A stretch of DNA of 64,000 bases from Cloacimonetes bacterium SCGC AAA252-N17 (GTDB lineage Bacteria > Cloacimonadota > Cloacimonadia > JGIOTU-2), in contig ASNI01000007.1 in the NCBI GenBank assembly GCA_000404785.1, positions 181 to 64,180 of the forward strand, written 5' to 3'. Position 1 is the first letter of the stretch. The number at the start of each line of letters is the position of its first letter. The position numbers and the translations under genes are program-made. Below are positions 53,525 to 61,688 of the stretch, one piece after another. The notes below the pieces were generated by a model that ran no database searches, was not told the DNA's origin, and saw nothing but the letters and a program-made list of their open reading frames with translations.

Positions 53525-54601
53525 TTATGGGTGCCATTCATAGGCGCCGAGATCGACCTCGGTATCGTTATTATGAGTGCGAGGTTCTCCATCAAGGTCT
53601 TTTTCCCAGGACACAACATCAGGATTCCCAATAGCCAGACAGTGACTTCCAGATTTGAGATGATAATCATTACTACCGATGAATTGAGGATCATCATAGA
53701 TATTATGAAGACTGTCCGGATTTACATCAGGATATTCAATCGGAGAACAGGTGTATGATGCGACGAGACTACTATCGCTCAGCACTTCAAGATCAATAAT
53801 ATCGTTATTCCAGACTATGCAGTTTATCATCTGTGAGAGGAGATCGCTTTTCACACGCACGCCCCAATTTGTATTAGATACAATAGTATTATTGACCATA
53901 AGAGATTTTGCATTATGGATATACACACCTCGTTTATTATCTGCGATCAGATTATTGAAAAGTGATGGATTCGAATCATCAATTGCATAGACACCATCCA
54001 ATTCACTATTCTCAATAAAATTCAGCAAAAGTACCGGATCGGATTCCCCATCAATAATAAAGCCGGCATAGTTATTATAGAACCATGAATTCTCTATTCG
54101 TGGGTCTGCATGGGAACAGTACACCCCGCACCAATGGCAATCATAAACATAGCAGTATTGAATTGTGGGTTCTGCGTTCTCACAATAAAACGCAGCATTG
54201 TAGTATTCAGCATCAGAACCCATATTTCTGATCGTAATGCCGTAAATAAGGTCTGCATTGCTTTGGAAGGAATTACAGAAATAGAATCCAGCGCCTTTTC
54301 CGTTTCCTTCAATGATCGCATAATCCGGCTGATGTCCACGCAGATCTGTCATTATGGTAAGATGTTTTTCTTCGCCCTCCCACATCAAATTTGTGTTATT
54401 AGTTCCCGCATAGATGCCTTGCGTAAGACGAAGCGTATCTCCATCTACTGCTGCATCGATAGCATCCTGGATCGTGTCATAGACATTGGCACCAATAAGC
54501 ACTCCTGAGTTGTTTGAGTGGATGTTCGTTGTTGTTTTTTCACATGAGATCATGCCCACAGATAGAGCACAGATCCCAATGAATAATAAAATCTTTTTCA
54601 T
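53525..54601 (-). CDS. Right-handed parallel beta-helix lipoprotein
   Basis: The lipobox is VGMISC. Repeated N-x-I/F-x-x-N rungs include NSWFYNNYAGFIIDG, NNLIADNKRGVYI and NNTIVSNTNWGVRV. The C-terminus reads DLGAYEW. Confidence 0.7.
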   Translation of the reverse strand: MKKILLFIGICALSVGMISCEKTTTNIHSNNSGVLIGANVYDTIQDAIDAAVDGDTLRLTQGIYAGTNNTNLMWEGEEKHLTIMTDLRGHQPDYAIIEGNGKGAGFYFCNSFQSNADLIYGITIRNMGSDAEYYNAAFYCENAEPTIQYCYVYDCHWCGVYCSHADPRIENSWFYNNYAGFIIDGESDPVLLLNFIENSELDGVYAIDDSNPSLFNNLIADNKRGVYIHNAKSLMVNNTIVSNTNWGVRVKSDLLSQMINCIVWNNDIIDLEVLSDSSLVASYTCSPIEYPDVNPDSLHNIYDDPQFIGSNDYHLKSGSHCLAIGNPDVVSWEKDLDGEPRTHNNDTEVDLGAYEWHP

Positions 54602-54640
54602 GATACCTCATGTTATATCATATTATTATGTACTTTTTTT

Positions 54641-54708
54641 ACCACAGAGAACGCCAGTCTTCTTCCGACAAATCGGAATACGCCTTGGCAGGCAGAGAGC
54701 ACAGAGAA
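54641..54708. repeat. Composite repeat (CACAGAG array + blocks shared with 19687-19770)
   Basis: The sequence is ACCACAGAGAACGCCAGTCTTCTTCCGACAAATCGGAATACGCCTTGGCAGGCAGAGAGCACAGAGAAT. The 18-bp and 27-bp blocks are identical to 19687-19704 and 19744-19770. Confidence 0.9.
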
Positions 54709-54890
54709 TAATAATTTAAATCTATAAATTTCATCTTTCAATTTCCCTACTTCAAGAAATATTTATCCATTAATCCAATGATTCATTTTTTCTAGATTAG
54801 AATACTCATTAATATATCAACAAACCTCTATTAATATTTTAAAAATCTCATAGAAGTGTGAATCTGAGTCCAGAGAATTCTTCTCTTTTG

Positions 54891-54917
54891 CTCTGTGTGC
54901 TCTGTGAACTCTGTGGT
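54891..54917. repeat. 9-bp-period CTCTGTG array
   Basis: The sequence is CTCTGTGTG CTCTGTGAA CTCTGTGGT. Confidence 0.85.
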
Positions 54918-54994
54918 TTTATACATATTAAATTACTCTTTTATACTCATATTTTTTTATTTTTACCTTTTCATATTTAAGTAAAATGAGTGAT

Positions 54995-55594
54995 CTATAT
55001 CACTGATTCGATAACGATTGAGTAACTTTCAAAATATTGGATCACACCTATATTGATATTCCAGCCAACATCGGTTGTATCAATAAAAATAAATCCTTTC
55101 ACTTCATGAGCTTTGGGGAAATGTGATTCGATCGTGTTCTGAAGGACGTTTGTTCTACTTTTTGAAATCTTTAGCAGATCATCGGAAAACTGTGTTCTCA
55201 TTTCACTATGGAGAACTCCATCCCCCATTGGTTTTTTTATTTTTTTCCCCGACTTCAGCACAGAGATAAGCACGCCTGTCTTGTCCAATCTGATAGTTTT
55301 ATCCAGCTTTACATCAGCAAGTTTGGCGTCCCGGATACTGAGCTTCATTTCCTTTTGCCCATTCATGTTCGTATAGACAAATTGCATACCTGCAAGCTGT
55401 TCTGCGATGTTTTTTCGTGCAGTTGCTTCAGCCATTTTCATTGCCATAACTTCATTCATTGATTTTGAAAAACCGTATCCGAGCACCTGTTTATGTATTT
55501 CTATATAGGACACATTTTTATAATCGAAATGACCAACAGAAACGCATCCTGTAAGCAATATAACTGCAATAAAACCTGTAATGAAAGCTTTCAT
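54995..55594 (-). CDS. Lipoprotein of unknown function (possibly LPP20-like)
   Basis: The lipobox is ILLTGC. An Ala-rich helix, MAMKMAEATARKNIAEQLAG, resembles LPP20-family proteins, but the call is weak. Confidence 0.5.
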   Translation of the reverse strand: MKAFITGFIAVILLTGCVSVGHFDYKNVSYIEIHKQVLGYGFSKSMNEVMAMKMAEATARKNIAEQLAGMQFVYTNMNGQKEMKLSIRDAKLADVKLDKTIRLDKTGVLISVLKSGKKIKKPMGDGVLHSEMRTQFSDDLLKISKSRTNVLQNTIESHFPKAHEVKGFIFIDTTDVGWNINIGVIQYFESYSIVIESVI

Positions 55595-55605
55595 CGTTTC
55601 TCCTA

Positions 55606-57648
55606 TTAAAATTCTTTCTCTACCAATTCATCAATAAGTTTCTCATCAGGGATGAATGGCAGTGTTATATGTCCATTATTTTTATTTCTTTCATTCCATT
55701 CTATCGAGGTTTCTATAGCATGAGGATTTCGCGCCCAAGCCCTGCGAGCCACTCCACCCATTACATCCCAGTCCAGAGCAGATTTTATGATATTATCCAC
55801 TTTTTCGCTTCCATCGAGCACTAGTCCGAATCCGCCATTAAATGCCTTGCCGATGCCGACTCCGCCGCCATTGCTTTCTACCACAAGTGTCATGCCGCGT
55901 GCAACATTTCCGGCAAAACAGTGTATCGACATATCTGCGCACACATTGCTTCCGTCTTTGATATTCGCAGTTTCTCTGTAAGGCGAGTCTGTTCCGCCTG
56001 TGTCATGATGGTCTCTTCCTATCATGATGGGACCGACTTCTCTATTGCGAACCATTTCATTAAATTTGAGAGCGATTTTGACCCGCCCCTGTGCATCAGC
56101 ATAGAGAATCCGCGCCTGCGAGCCGACAACCAGTTTGTTTTCTTCGGCATTCTTTATCCAATAATAATTATCACTATCCTGCGCTCTTCTCGTGGGATCG
56201 ATACACTCCATTGCAGCGAGATCTGTTTTGTGCAAATCGACCGGTTTTCCGCTCAGACATACCCACCGGTATGGTCCGTAGCCGTAGTCAAAACAGATGG
56301 GACCCATAATATTTTCCACATAGGATGGGAAGATAAATCCTTCTTTTGTGTTCACGCCATTTTTGGCAATATCATGTGCTCCTGCATCAAAGACCGCTTT
56401 CATGAAGCTGTTGCCATAATCCCAGAAAAAGGTGCCGCACTCTGCCATTTTTTTGATCAGTTTATAATGAGTAATGAGTGATTCATCGACCTTCTTTTTA
56501 AAGGCATTCAAATCATTTTTGATGAGCGCACGCCCTTCTTCGAAACTCAAACCCTGAGGAGTATAGCCGCCTTCATATACTGCATGACATGAAGTTTGGT
56601 CGGACAGGAGTTCGATCTCAATATTATTATCAACAAGGTATTGAAGCAGATCGACAACATTACCATAATATCCGATTGAGACCGCTTCGCCTTTTGCTTT
56701 GCTTTCCTGCATCCAATTTATAACTTCTTCCAGACTATCGGAATATTTGGAAAGCCAGCCCTGCTCATGACGCGTTTTGATGCGTGAAAGATCCACTTCT
56801 GCGATAACACCAACTCCACCGGTAATCTCAACTGCTTTTGCCTGTGCTCCGCTCATGCCACCGAGTCCGGAAGTTACGAACACTTTTCCTTTCAAGTTTT
56901 CATCTTCAGGTATATCGAGATACATTCTTCCTGCATTCAGCAGTGTTATATAAGTGCCATGTACAATTCCTTGAGGACCGATATACATCCATCCGCCTGC
57001 GGTCATTTGTCCATAATTCGTCACGCCCATTGCTGCTGCTGCTTTGAAGTCATCTGAATTATCGAACATACCGACCATTAATCCATTAGTGCTTATAACT
57101 CGTGGACTTTCATGACGTGATGGGAACAATCCGAGCGGGTGACCCGACGCAACAACCAGCGTCTGATGATCGGTCATAACCTCGAGATATTTTTTGATAA
57201 GCCGGTATTGCATCCAATTCTGGCAAACCTGCCCGCTCTCGCCGTAGGTAACCAGTTCATAAGGATAAAGTGCCACGTCAAGATCAAGATTATTATCGAT
57301 CATAACCTGCAGCGCTTTTCCTTCAAGTGTGTTGCCTTTATATTCGTAAATGGGCTTTGCTTTTATTTCTTCTTGAGGACGATACCGATACCCATAAATG
57401 CGTCCGCGAGTTTTTAATTCTTCCAGAAATTCCGGTGCAAGCTTTTCATGCAATTCTGCTGGGATATATCTCAATGCATTTTTCAGGGCAGTTTTTATCT
57501 CATTTTTAGAGAGATTTAATCCCCTATCCGGTGCCCTTCGAATCCCTTCCTTGAAAACTGGGTCAGGAGGTAATTCCGTAGAAAGAGCAATTTGCATTGC
57601 CTTTAAAACATCAAAATTATAATCCATAAAAACTCCTAAATCGATCAA
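55606..57648 (-). CDS. hutU: Urocanate hydratase (long form)
   Basis: Diagnostic urocanase strings include GLGGMSGAQ, YGNSF and GRDHHD. The start overlaps the stop of the upstream gene (ATGA). Confidence 0.95.
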   Translation of the reverse strand: MIDLGVFMDYNFDVLKAMQIALSTELPPDPVFKEGIRRAPDRGLNLSKNEIKTALKNALRYIPAELHEKLAPEFLEELKTRGRIYGYRYRPQEEIKAKPIYEYKGNTLEGKALQVMIDNNLDLDVALYPYELVTYGESGQVCQNWMQYRLIKKYLEVMTDHQTLVVASGHPLGLFPSRHESPRVISTNGLMVGMFDNSDDFKAAAAMGVTNYGQMTAGGWMYIGPQGIVHGTYITLLNAGRMYLDIPEDENLKGKVFVTSGLGGMSGAQAKAVEITGGVGVIAEVDLSRIKTRHEQGWLSKYSDSLEEVINWMQESKAKGEAVSIGYYGNVVDLLQYLVDNNIEIELLSDQTSCHAVYEGGYTPQGLSFEEGRALIKNDLNAFKKKVDESLITHYKLIKKMAECGTFFWDYGNSFMKAVFDAGAHDIAKNGVNTKEGFIFPSYVENIMGPICFDYGYGPYRWVCLSGKPVDLHKTDLAAMECIDPTRRAQDSDNYYWIKNAEENKLVVGSQARILYADAQGRVKIALKFNEMVRNREVGPIMIGRDHHDTGGTDSPYRETANIKDGSNVCADMSIHCFAGNVARGMTLVVESNGGGVGIGKAFNGGFGLVLDGSEKVDNIIKSALDWDVMGGVARRAWARNPHAIETSIEWNERNKNNGHITLPFIPDEKLIDELVEKEF

Positions 57649-58361
57649 CTGATAATTTCAATAATGAGGGAAGTATCTATTCTTTCAAAATATTGTTCAA
57701 GTTTTTCTACTAAATAATGCTGTTTTTCTATTCTTTTTAAGACAGATACGACCACATAGACAGGTTTGTTCATGTGTCTGGCAGTTACCATAAGTTGAAG
57801 AGTACCGACCTTGTTTACAAAAAATTCTTTAGTAACTGCATCAGCTCCAATGAGGACGAAATCACATCTGGACAGGTAGCAAGCTGCTTCCGAATCTTCT
57901 ATCAATGTTGTGAAAATGCCTTCTTCCACAAGTTTATCATTTAAAAATTCTCCTTCACCAAGTGGCAGAGAGCGGCAGCAAATTACCTCTGACAAAGCGT
58001 CTTTATAATGTATCAAGGTATTGCGAACAGACGAACTATTACTGAAAGTGAGCACTTTCTTTTTTGAATCAAAGAGAACCGATGCCTTTTTTAAATAAGA
58101 TTCATCAGAGAGTAATTTCTGGAATGCATTTATTGAATTCTCACTCACTCCATTTTTCTGAAAATGCTCATTGAGTTTGATGATCGGGACCATTTGACAG
58201 AACTGTTCTGCACCCTTTTCTAAAAAATTGATTATTTCTAAAGATGCTGTTCGTGAATTAAAAAGCTCTTTTACTATGTCAAATGCTTGCTGTGTGAGTT
58301 CCTGAGCTCCGGAAGAGCGGTTTTGAAGAAATTCCTTTATGCGTTCATGAACATTTTTCAT
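57645..58361 (-). CDS. Short eIF-2B alpha/beta/delta-like family protein
   Basis: The N-terminus has NRSSGAQEL. The C-terminal Rossmann-like part, VLIGADAVTKEFFVNKVGTLQLMVTARHMNKPVYVV, is typical of the IF-2B family. At 238 aa it is shorter than MtnA. Confidence 0.6.
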   Translation of the reverse strand: MKNVHERIKEFLQNRSSGAQELTQQAFDIVKELFNSRTASLEIINFLEKGAEQFCQMVPIIKLNEHFQKNGVSENSINAFQKLLSDESYLKKASVLFDSKKKVLTFSNSSSVRNTLIHYKDALSEVICCRSLPLGEGEFLNDKLVEEGIFTTLIEDSEAACYLSRCDFVLIGADAVTKEFFVNKVGTLQLMVTARHMNKPVYVVVSVLKRIEKQHYLVEKLEQYFERIDTSLIIEIIS

Positions 58362-58369
58362 AAGTGGGT

Positions 58370-59188
58370 TTAAACGTTAAAATTATCCATAACCCAAGCA
58401 TCGGTGAAGAAGACCTTTTTTACCCGCGTAAGAACTTCTCCCAAAATCTGCCTTCCAAGTATTTTGAATTTTTCGGGATTGTCACTTACGAAAAAAGTGT
58501 AATTACCAGCTGTTTTTTGAACCGGCTTTGAGGAATACATTTTTTTAAGTTCAATAGCAATTGATTCTGCGGAATCTACAAGAGTGATGTCATCTCCAAC
58601 AACTTCTTGAATAACTTCCTTCAATACGGGATAATGCGTACATCCCATAATTATTGTATCGATATCTTGCTCCAGAAATTCTTGCAGATATTCTTCTATG
58701 ATCTCTTTTGTTACCTTGTGTGAAATCCAATTCTCTTCTACCAGCGGAACAAGTAATGGAGTGGGTTTGGTAAAAATTTTGCATTGGGCATCCAGTGATT
58801 TCAGTGCCTTTTCGTAAGAACCGCTTTTGATCGTGCCTTCTGTGCCGATTATGCCGATGCGTTTATTTTTAGAAACATTCAGAGCTTTCTTTGCACCAGG
58901 CATGATCACTCCGATTATTGGGATGTTACTATGCTTTTTCAGCTCCTCGATCGTGTATGCTGAAGAGGTATTGCATGCAACAACGAGCAATTCGATATGC
59001 TGCTGGAGAAGGAATATCATATTTTGAAGTGAATACTGAATGATCGTTCGCTGTGATTTCGAGCCGTAAGGAACACGTGCTGTATCACCGAAATAGACTA
59101 TATCCTTGTGAGGTAGTGCCATCTTTATTTCGTGGAAAACTGTAAGTCCTCCGACTCCTGAATCGAATATACCAATAGGATTTTTCAT
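58370..59188 (-). CDS. murI: Glutamate racemase
   Basis: Motifs IGIFDSGVGGLTV, VVACNTSS and GCTHYP are present. Confidence 0.95.
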   Translation of the reverse strand: MKNPIGIFDSGVGGLTVFHEIKMALPHKDIVYFGDTARVPYGSKSQRTIIQYSLQNMIFLLQQHIELLVVACNTSSAYTIEELKKHSNIPIIGVIMPGAKKALNVSKNKRIGIIGTEGTIKSGSYEKALKSLDAQCKIFTKPTPLLVPLVEENWISHKVTKEIIEEYLQEFLEQDIDTIIMGCTHYPVLKEVIQEVVGDDITLVDSAESIAIELKKMYSSKPVQKTAGNYTFFVSDNPEKFKILGRQILGEVLTRVKKVFFTDAWVMDNFNV

Positions 59189-59298
59189 ATATTTGAAACA
59201 CTTTCACGGGGATTGTATGTCAAGTTTTTGGAAATATGTCACTTAGAATAAAACCTTCAAATGAAAGAATGATTATTGTGATTTTTCTAACGTAATCC

Positions 59299-59318
59299 AA
59301 AATTGTTTAAACAATTTT
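59299..59318. promoter_or_regulatory. Perfect 20-bp AT-rich palindrome upstream of murI (possible operator)
   Basis: AAAATTGTTTAAACAATTTT lies ~110 bp upstream of the murI ATG. Its low sequence complexity weakens the call. Confidence 0.3.
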
Positions 59319-59432
59319 TGTTTATAACCGAATATTATCAAGTTTTGTTGGAACAAAACACCTTACTCTCACAAAAAAAGCCCGAAAAATAATTCCCGAG
59401 CTGTATATTTGAATTAAAATATCTGATGAAAA

Positions 59433-60905
59433 TTATTCTACAATACTCGCAATCGCTACATGCCATCCTGTTTTCGGGGCTGTGACCCACACTGCATGCC
59501 AATCCTTTCCTTCAGAAGTAAAATTACATTCACCTGAATTATTGTCCAAGATTGGTTTTAGATTACTGCTCATACTGGTTATCTGCTGACCGATCCACGC
59601 ATCATCGGAATGTAATGCGATTGTGCCGTCATCAGCGACTGCAAAGAACATCTGATCCGGCTGCAAAGGGAAAGCATTTTGAACTTCATCATTGATATTC
59701 TGCATATAGATCGATGTGCCAAGTGCACCTTTTACCGTATCTTTCTTAATAATTGGAGCACCGGCAACAGCAACCGTTTTACCTGTTGATTTACTTACTA
59801 CAATAGTTCCAAGTGTTAGATTCCCAGCAATCAAACCAGAAAAATAGGAGCGGGTTTTCAGATTCTTGCTTGTGAGATCATCCACAGTGGTATAATAGGA
59901 GCCATCAGGCAACAGATACCAGATTCGACCTGAAAGTGCTGCATTTTCCTGCTCTACAAGAAGAGGTTTAAGTTTCTTCCATTTTCCAGAACGTGCTTCG
60001 TCAGTAAAGGACAGCGCTTGCAACACCGATAGAAACTCACCAAGACGAACATCAATAAATCCGGCAAGAAGTTTTGTGGCTGCAATTGTGTTTATCCCGG
60101 CAGTTGCATCTAATTTCGAATAACCTAGTGCATATGCTCCACCCCAGCGTTCATTGATCATATCGAAAGTTCCGTCACTCTTCATTTCATCGAGTGTATC
60201 CTGCCATTGCTTCACAATATCTTTTGAGGTATATTGATTGAAGGCAATATACAAAGGTGTTTTTCTTAAAGTATAGACTGGTTTTAATTTGGAAGGATCA
60301 ACACCTGCTTGGCGAGTCATCTGAGCCATAGTTATACTTGTTCCCACAACGAGATCGATATCTCCGTTTTCCAAAGCTCTATAACATTCTGCATCGTTTG
60401 GATAGAGTTTCAAATTCGTTACATTGTTCTTCTCCAAAAATTGATGACGGGCATCATCCCGGACAACACCAATCGCAGAGATTTTTTTTGCATCCTCAAG
60501 ACTGTTGATAGACAAGTCAGAATTTTTCAGGGCATAAAAAACATACTCATCTGCTCCAATCGGGCCTACCCATTGAAAAAGTTCTTCACGTTCAGTAGTT
60601 CGAAATGTAGAATAAAGCACAACATCCGGTTCAGATAGAGCAAGTTCATAGCCATCATTCCAGGGCATAAGGTGAATATCGATTTTCAGATTAAGTCGAG
60701 ATAAAATCTCCTGCACAATTTCTGTGGATTGACCTGTAATCTCTCCATCTTCAGATCTGAAATTGAAGGGTGCGAAATCTTCTGTGATGATCTGTAGTTT
60801 TACTTGTTCGCTTTCGTAAGCATAGCATGGTGCTAATTCCAATGTGGTAAATAATAATAACAGAGTAAAAAATACGATGGCAAAAACAGTCTTTCTTTTT
60901 TTCAT
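59433..60905 (-). CDS. Secreted SBP_bac_3 + Cache-like two-domain protein without output domain
   Basis: A signal peptide is followed by a family-3 solute-binding domain (FAPFNFRSEDGEITGQSTEIVQEIL...). A C-terminal ~200 aa has a Cache-like alpha/beta pattern. There is no TM helix or transmitter after it. Confidence 0.65.
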   Translation of the reverse strand: MKKRKTVFAIVFFTLLLLFTTLELAPCYAYESEQVKLQIITEDFAPFNFRSEDGEITGQSTEIVQEILSRLNLKIDIHLMPWNDGYELALSEPDVVLYSTFRTTEREELFQWVGPIGADEYVFYALKNSDLSINSLEDAKKISAIGVVRDDARHQFLEKNNVTNLKLYPNDAECYRALENGDIDLVVGTSITMAQMTRQAGVDPSKLKPVYTLRKTPLYIAFNQYTSKDIVKQWQDTLDEMKSDGTFDMINERWGGAYALGYSKLDATAGINTIAATKLLAGFIDVRLGEFLSVLQALSFTDEARSGKWKKLKPLLVEQENAALSGRIWYLLPDGSYYTTVDDLTSKNLKTRSYFSGLIAGNLTLGTIVVSKSTGKTVAVAGAPIIKKDTVKGALGTSIYMQNINDEVQNAFPLQPDQMFFAVADDGTIALHSDDAWIGQQITSMSSNLKPILDNNSGECNFTSEGKDWHAVWVTAPKTGWHVAIASIVE

Positions 60906-61039
60906 TTCAAATCTCCATTTTCATTAATAAAAAAAAATTGTTAAAATATAATTATATCAAATACATCGATGTTAACAGCATCATAATTTGTTTGTGGATT
61001 CGAGATAGTCAATTGACGTTGTCAAGAATTTGTGTGAAT

Positions 61040-61688
61040 TGCTATTCAAAAGAAAGAATGGCACGCAGATTATCGCTGATGACACTGATTCGCCAGCAGG
61101 CGAACAAGTTTCCACCGATTAAGAAAATAAAATAAATATTTTTTCTGAACAGAATGAAATTTAATAAAGCACGAGTATTAAAATCTCCTCTAAAAAGAGG
61201 AGTCCGGCTTTAGCCGGGAGGTGTGTAAATTCAGTCATTTAAGGAAATAAATGCTGGATTCCCGATACCCAATCAAGTTGGGCACGCTCGGGAATGACAT
61301 ACCTCATTCATTTGGAATTACTATGTCAAAAGTCAACATTTTCTCTGCCTGCCACGGCGCAATGTAATGAAGACGGGTGGTCTCTGATTGCTCAGGTAAA
61401 AAAAGGGAGTTGTCATTGTGATCCGACCAGTTAGGCGGAGTTTTAACTGATCGAAGAAGAATTTCCCTATAGTGTTAGATTATCTTAACTTGAAGACCCT
61501 TCGACTGGTCTTCATTTCATTACGCCCAAGCAGGCAAGCTCAGGGTGACAATTATTTTTTGTTATTGATTATATTTTTGTGAACATTCGCGAAAATCTGT
61601 CCAATCTGCGTAGGGCTGCTTGCCAAGGCGTAGTTTAACGATGACTGGCGAGCTATTCAGTCATTTCGGGGAAATGACCCTACAACTA
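61040..61688. repeat. ~0.65-kb intergenic repeat mosaic
   Basis: It contains CGCCAGCAGGCG, the hairpins CCTCTAAAAAGAGG and TCCGGCTTTAGCCGGGA, a nested hairpin module (61256-61299), the 40-bp module (61345-61384), and the 55-bp module (61499-61553). Confidence 0.75.
61499..61553. repeat. 55-bp intergenic repeat module (copy 2)
   Basis: It matches 14348-14402 at 54 of 55 positions, in the same orientation. Confidence 0.9.
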
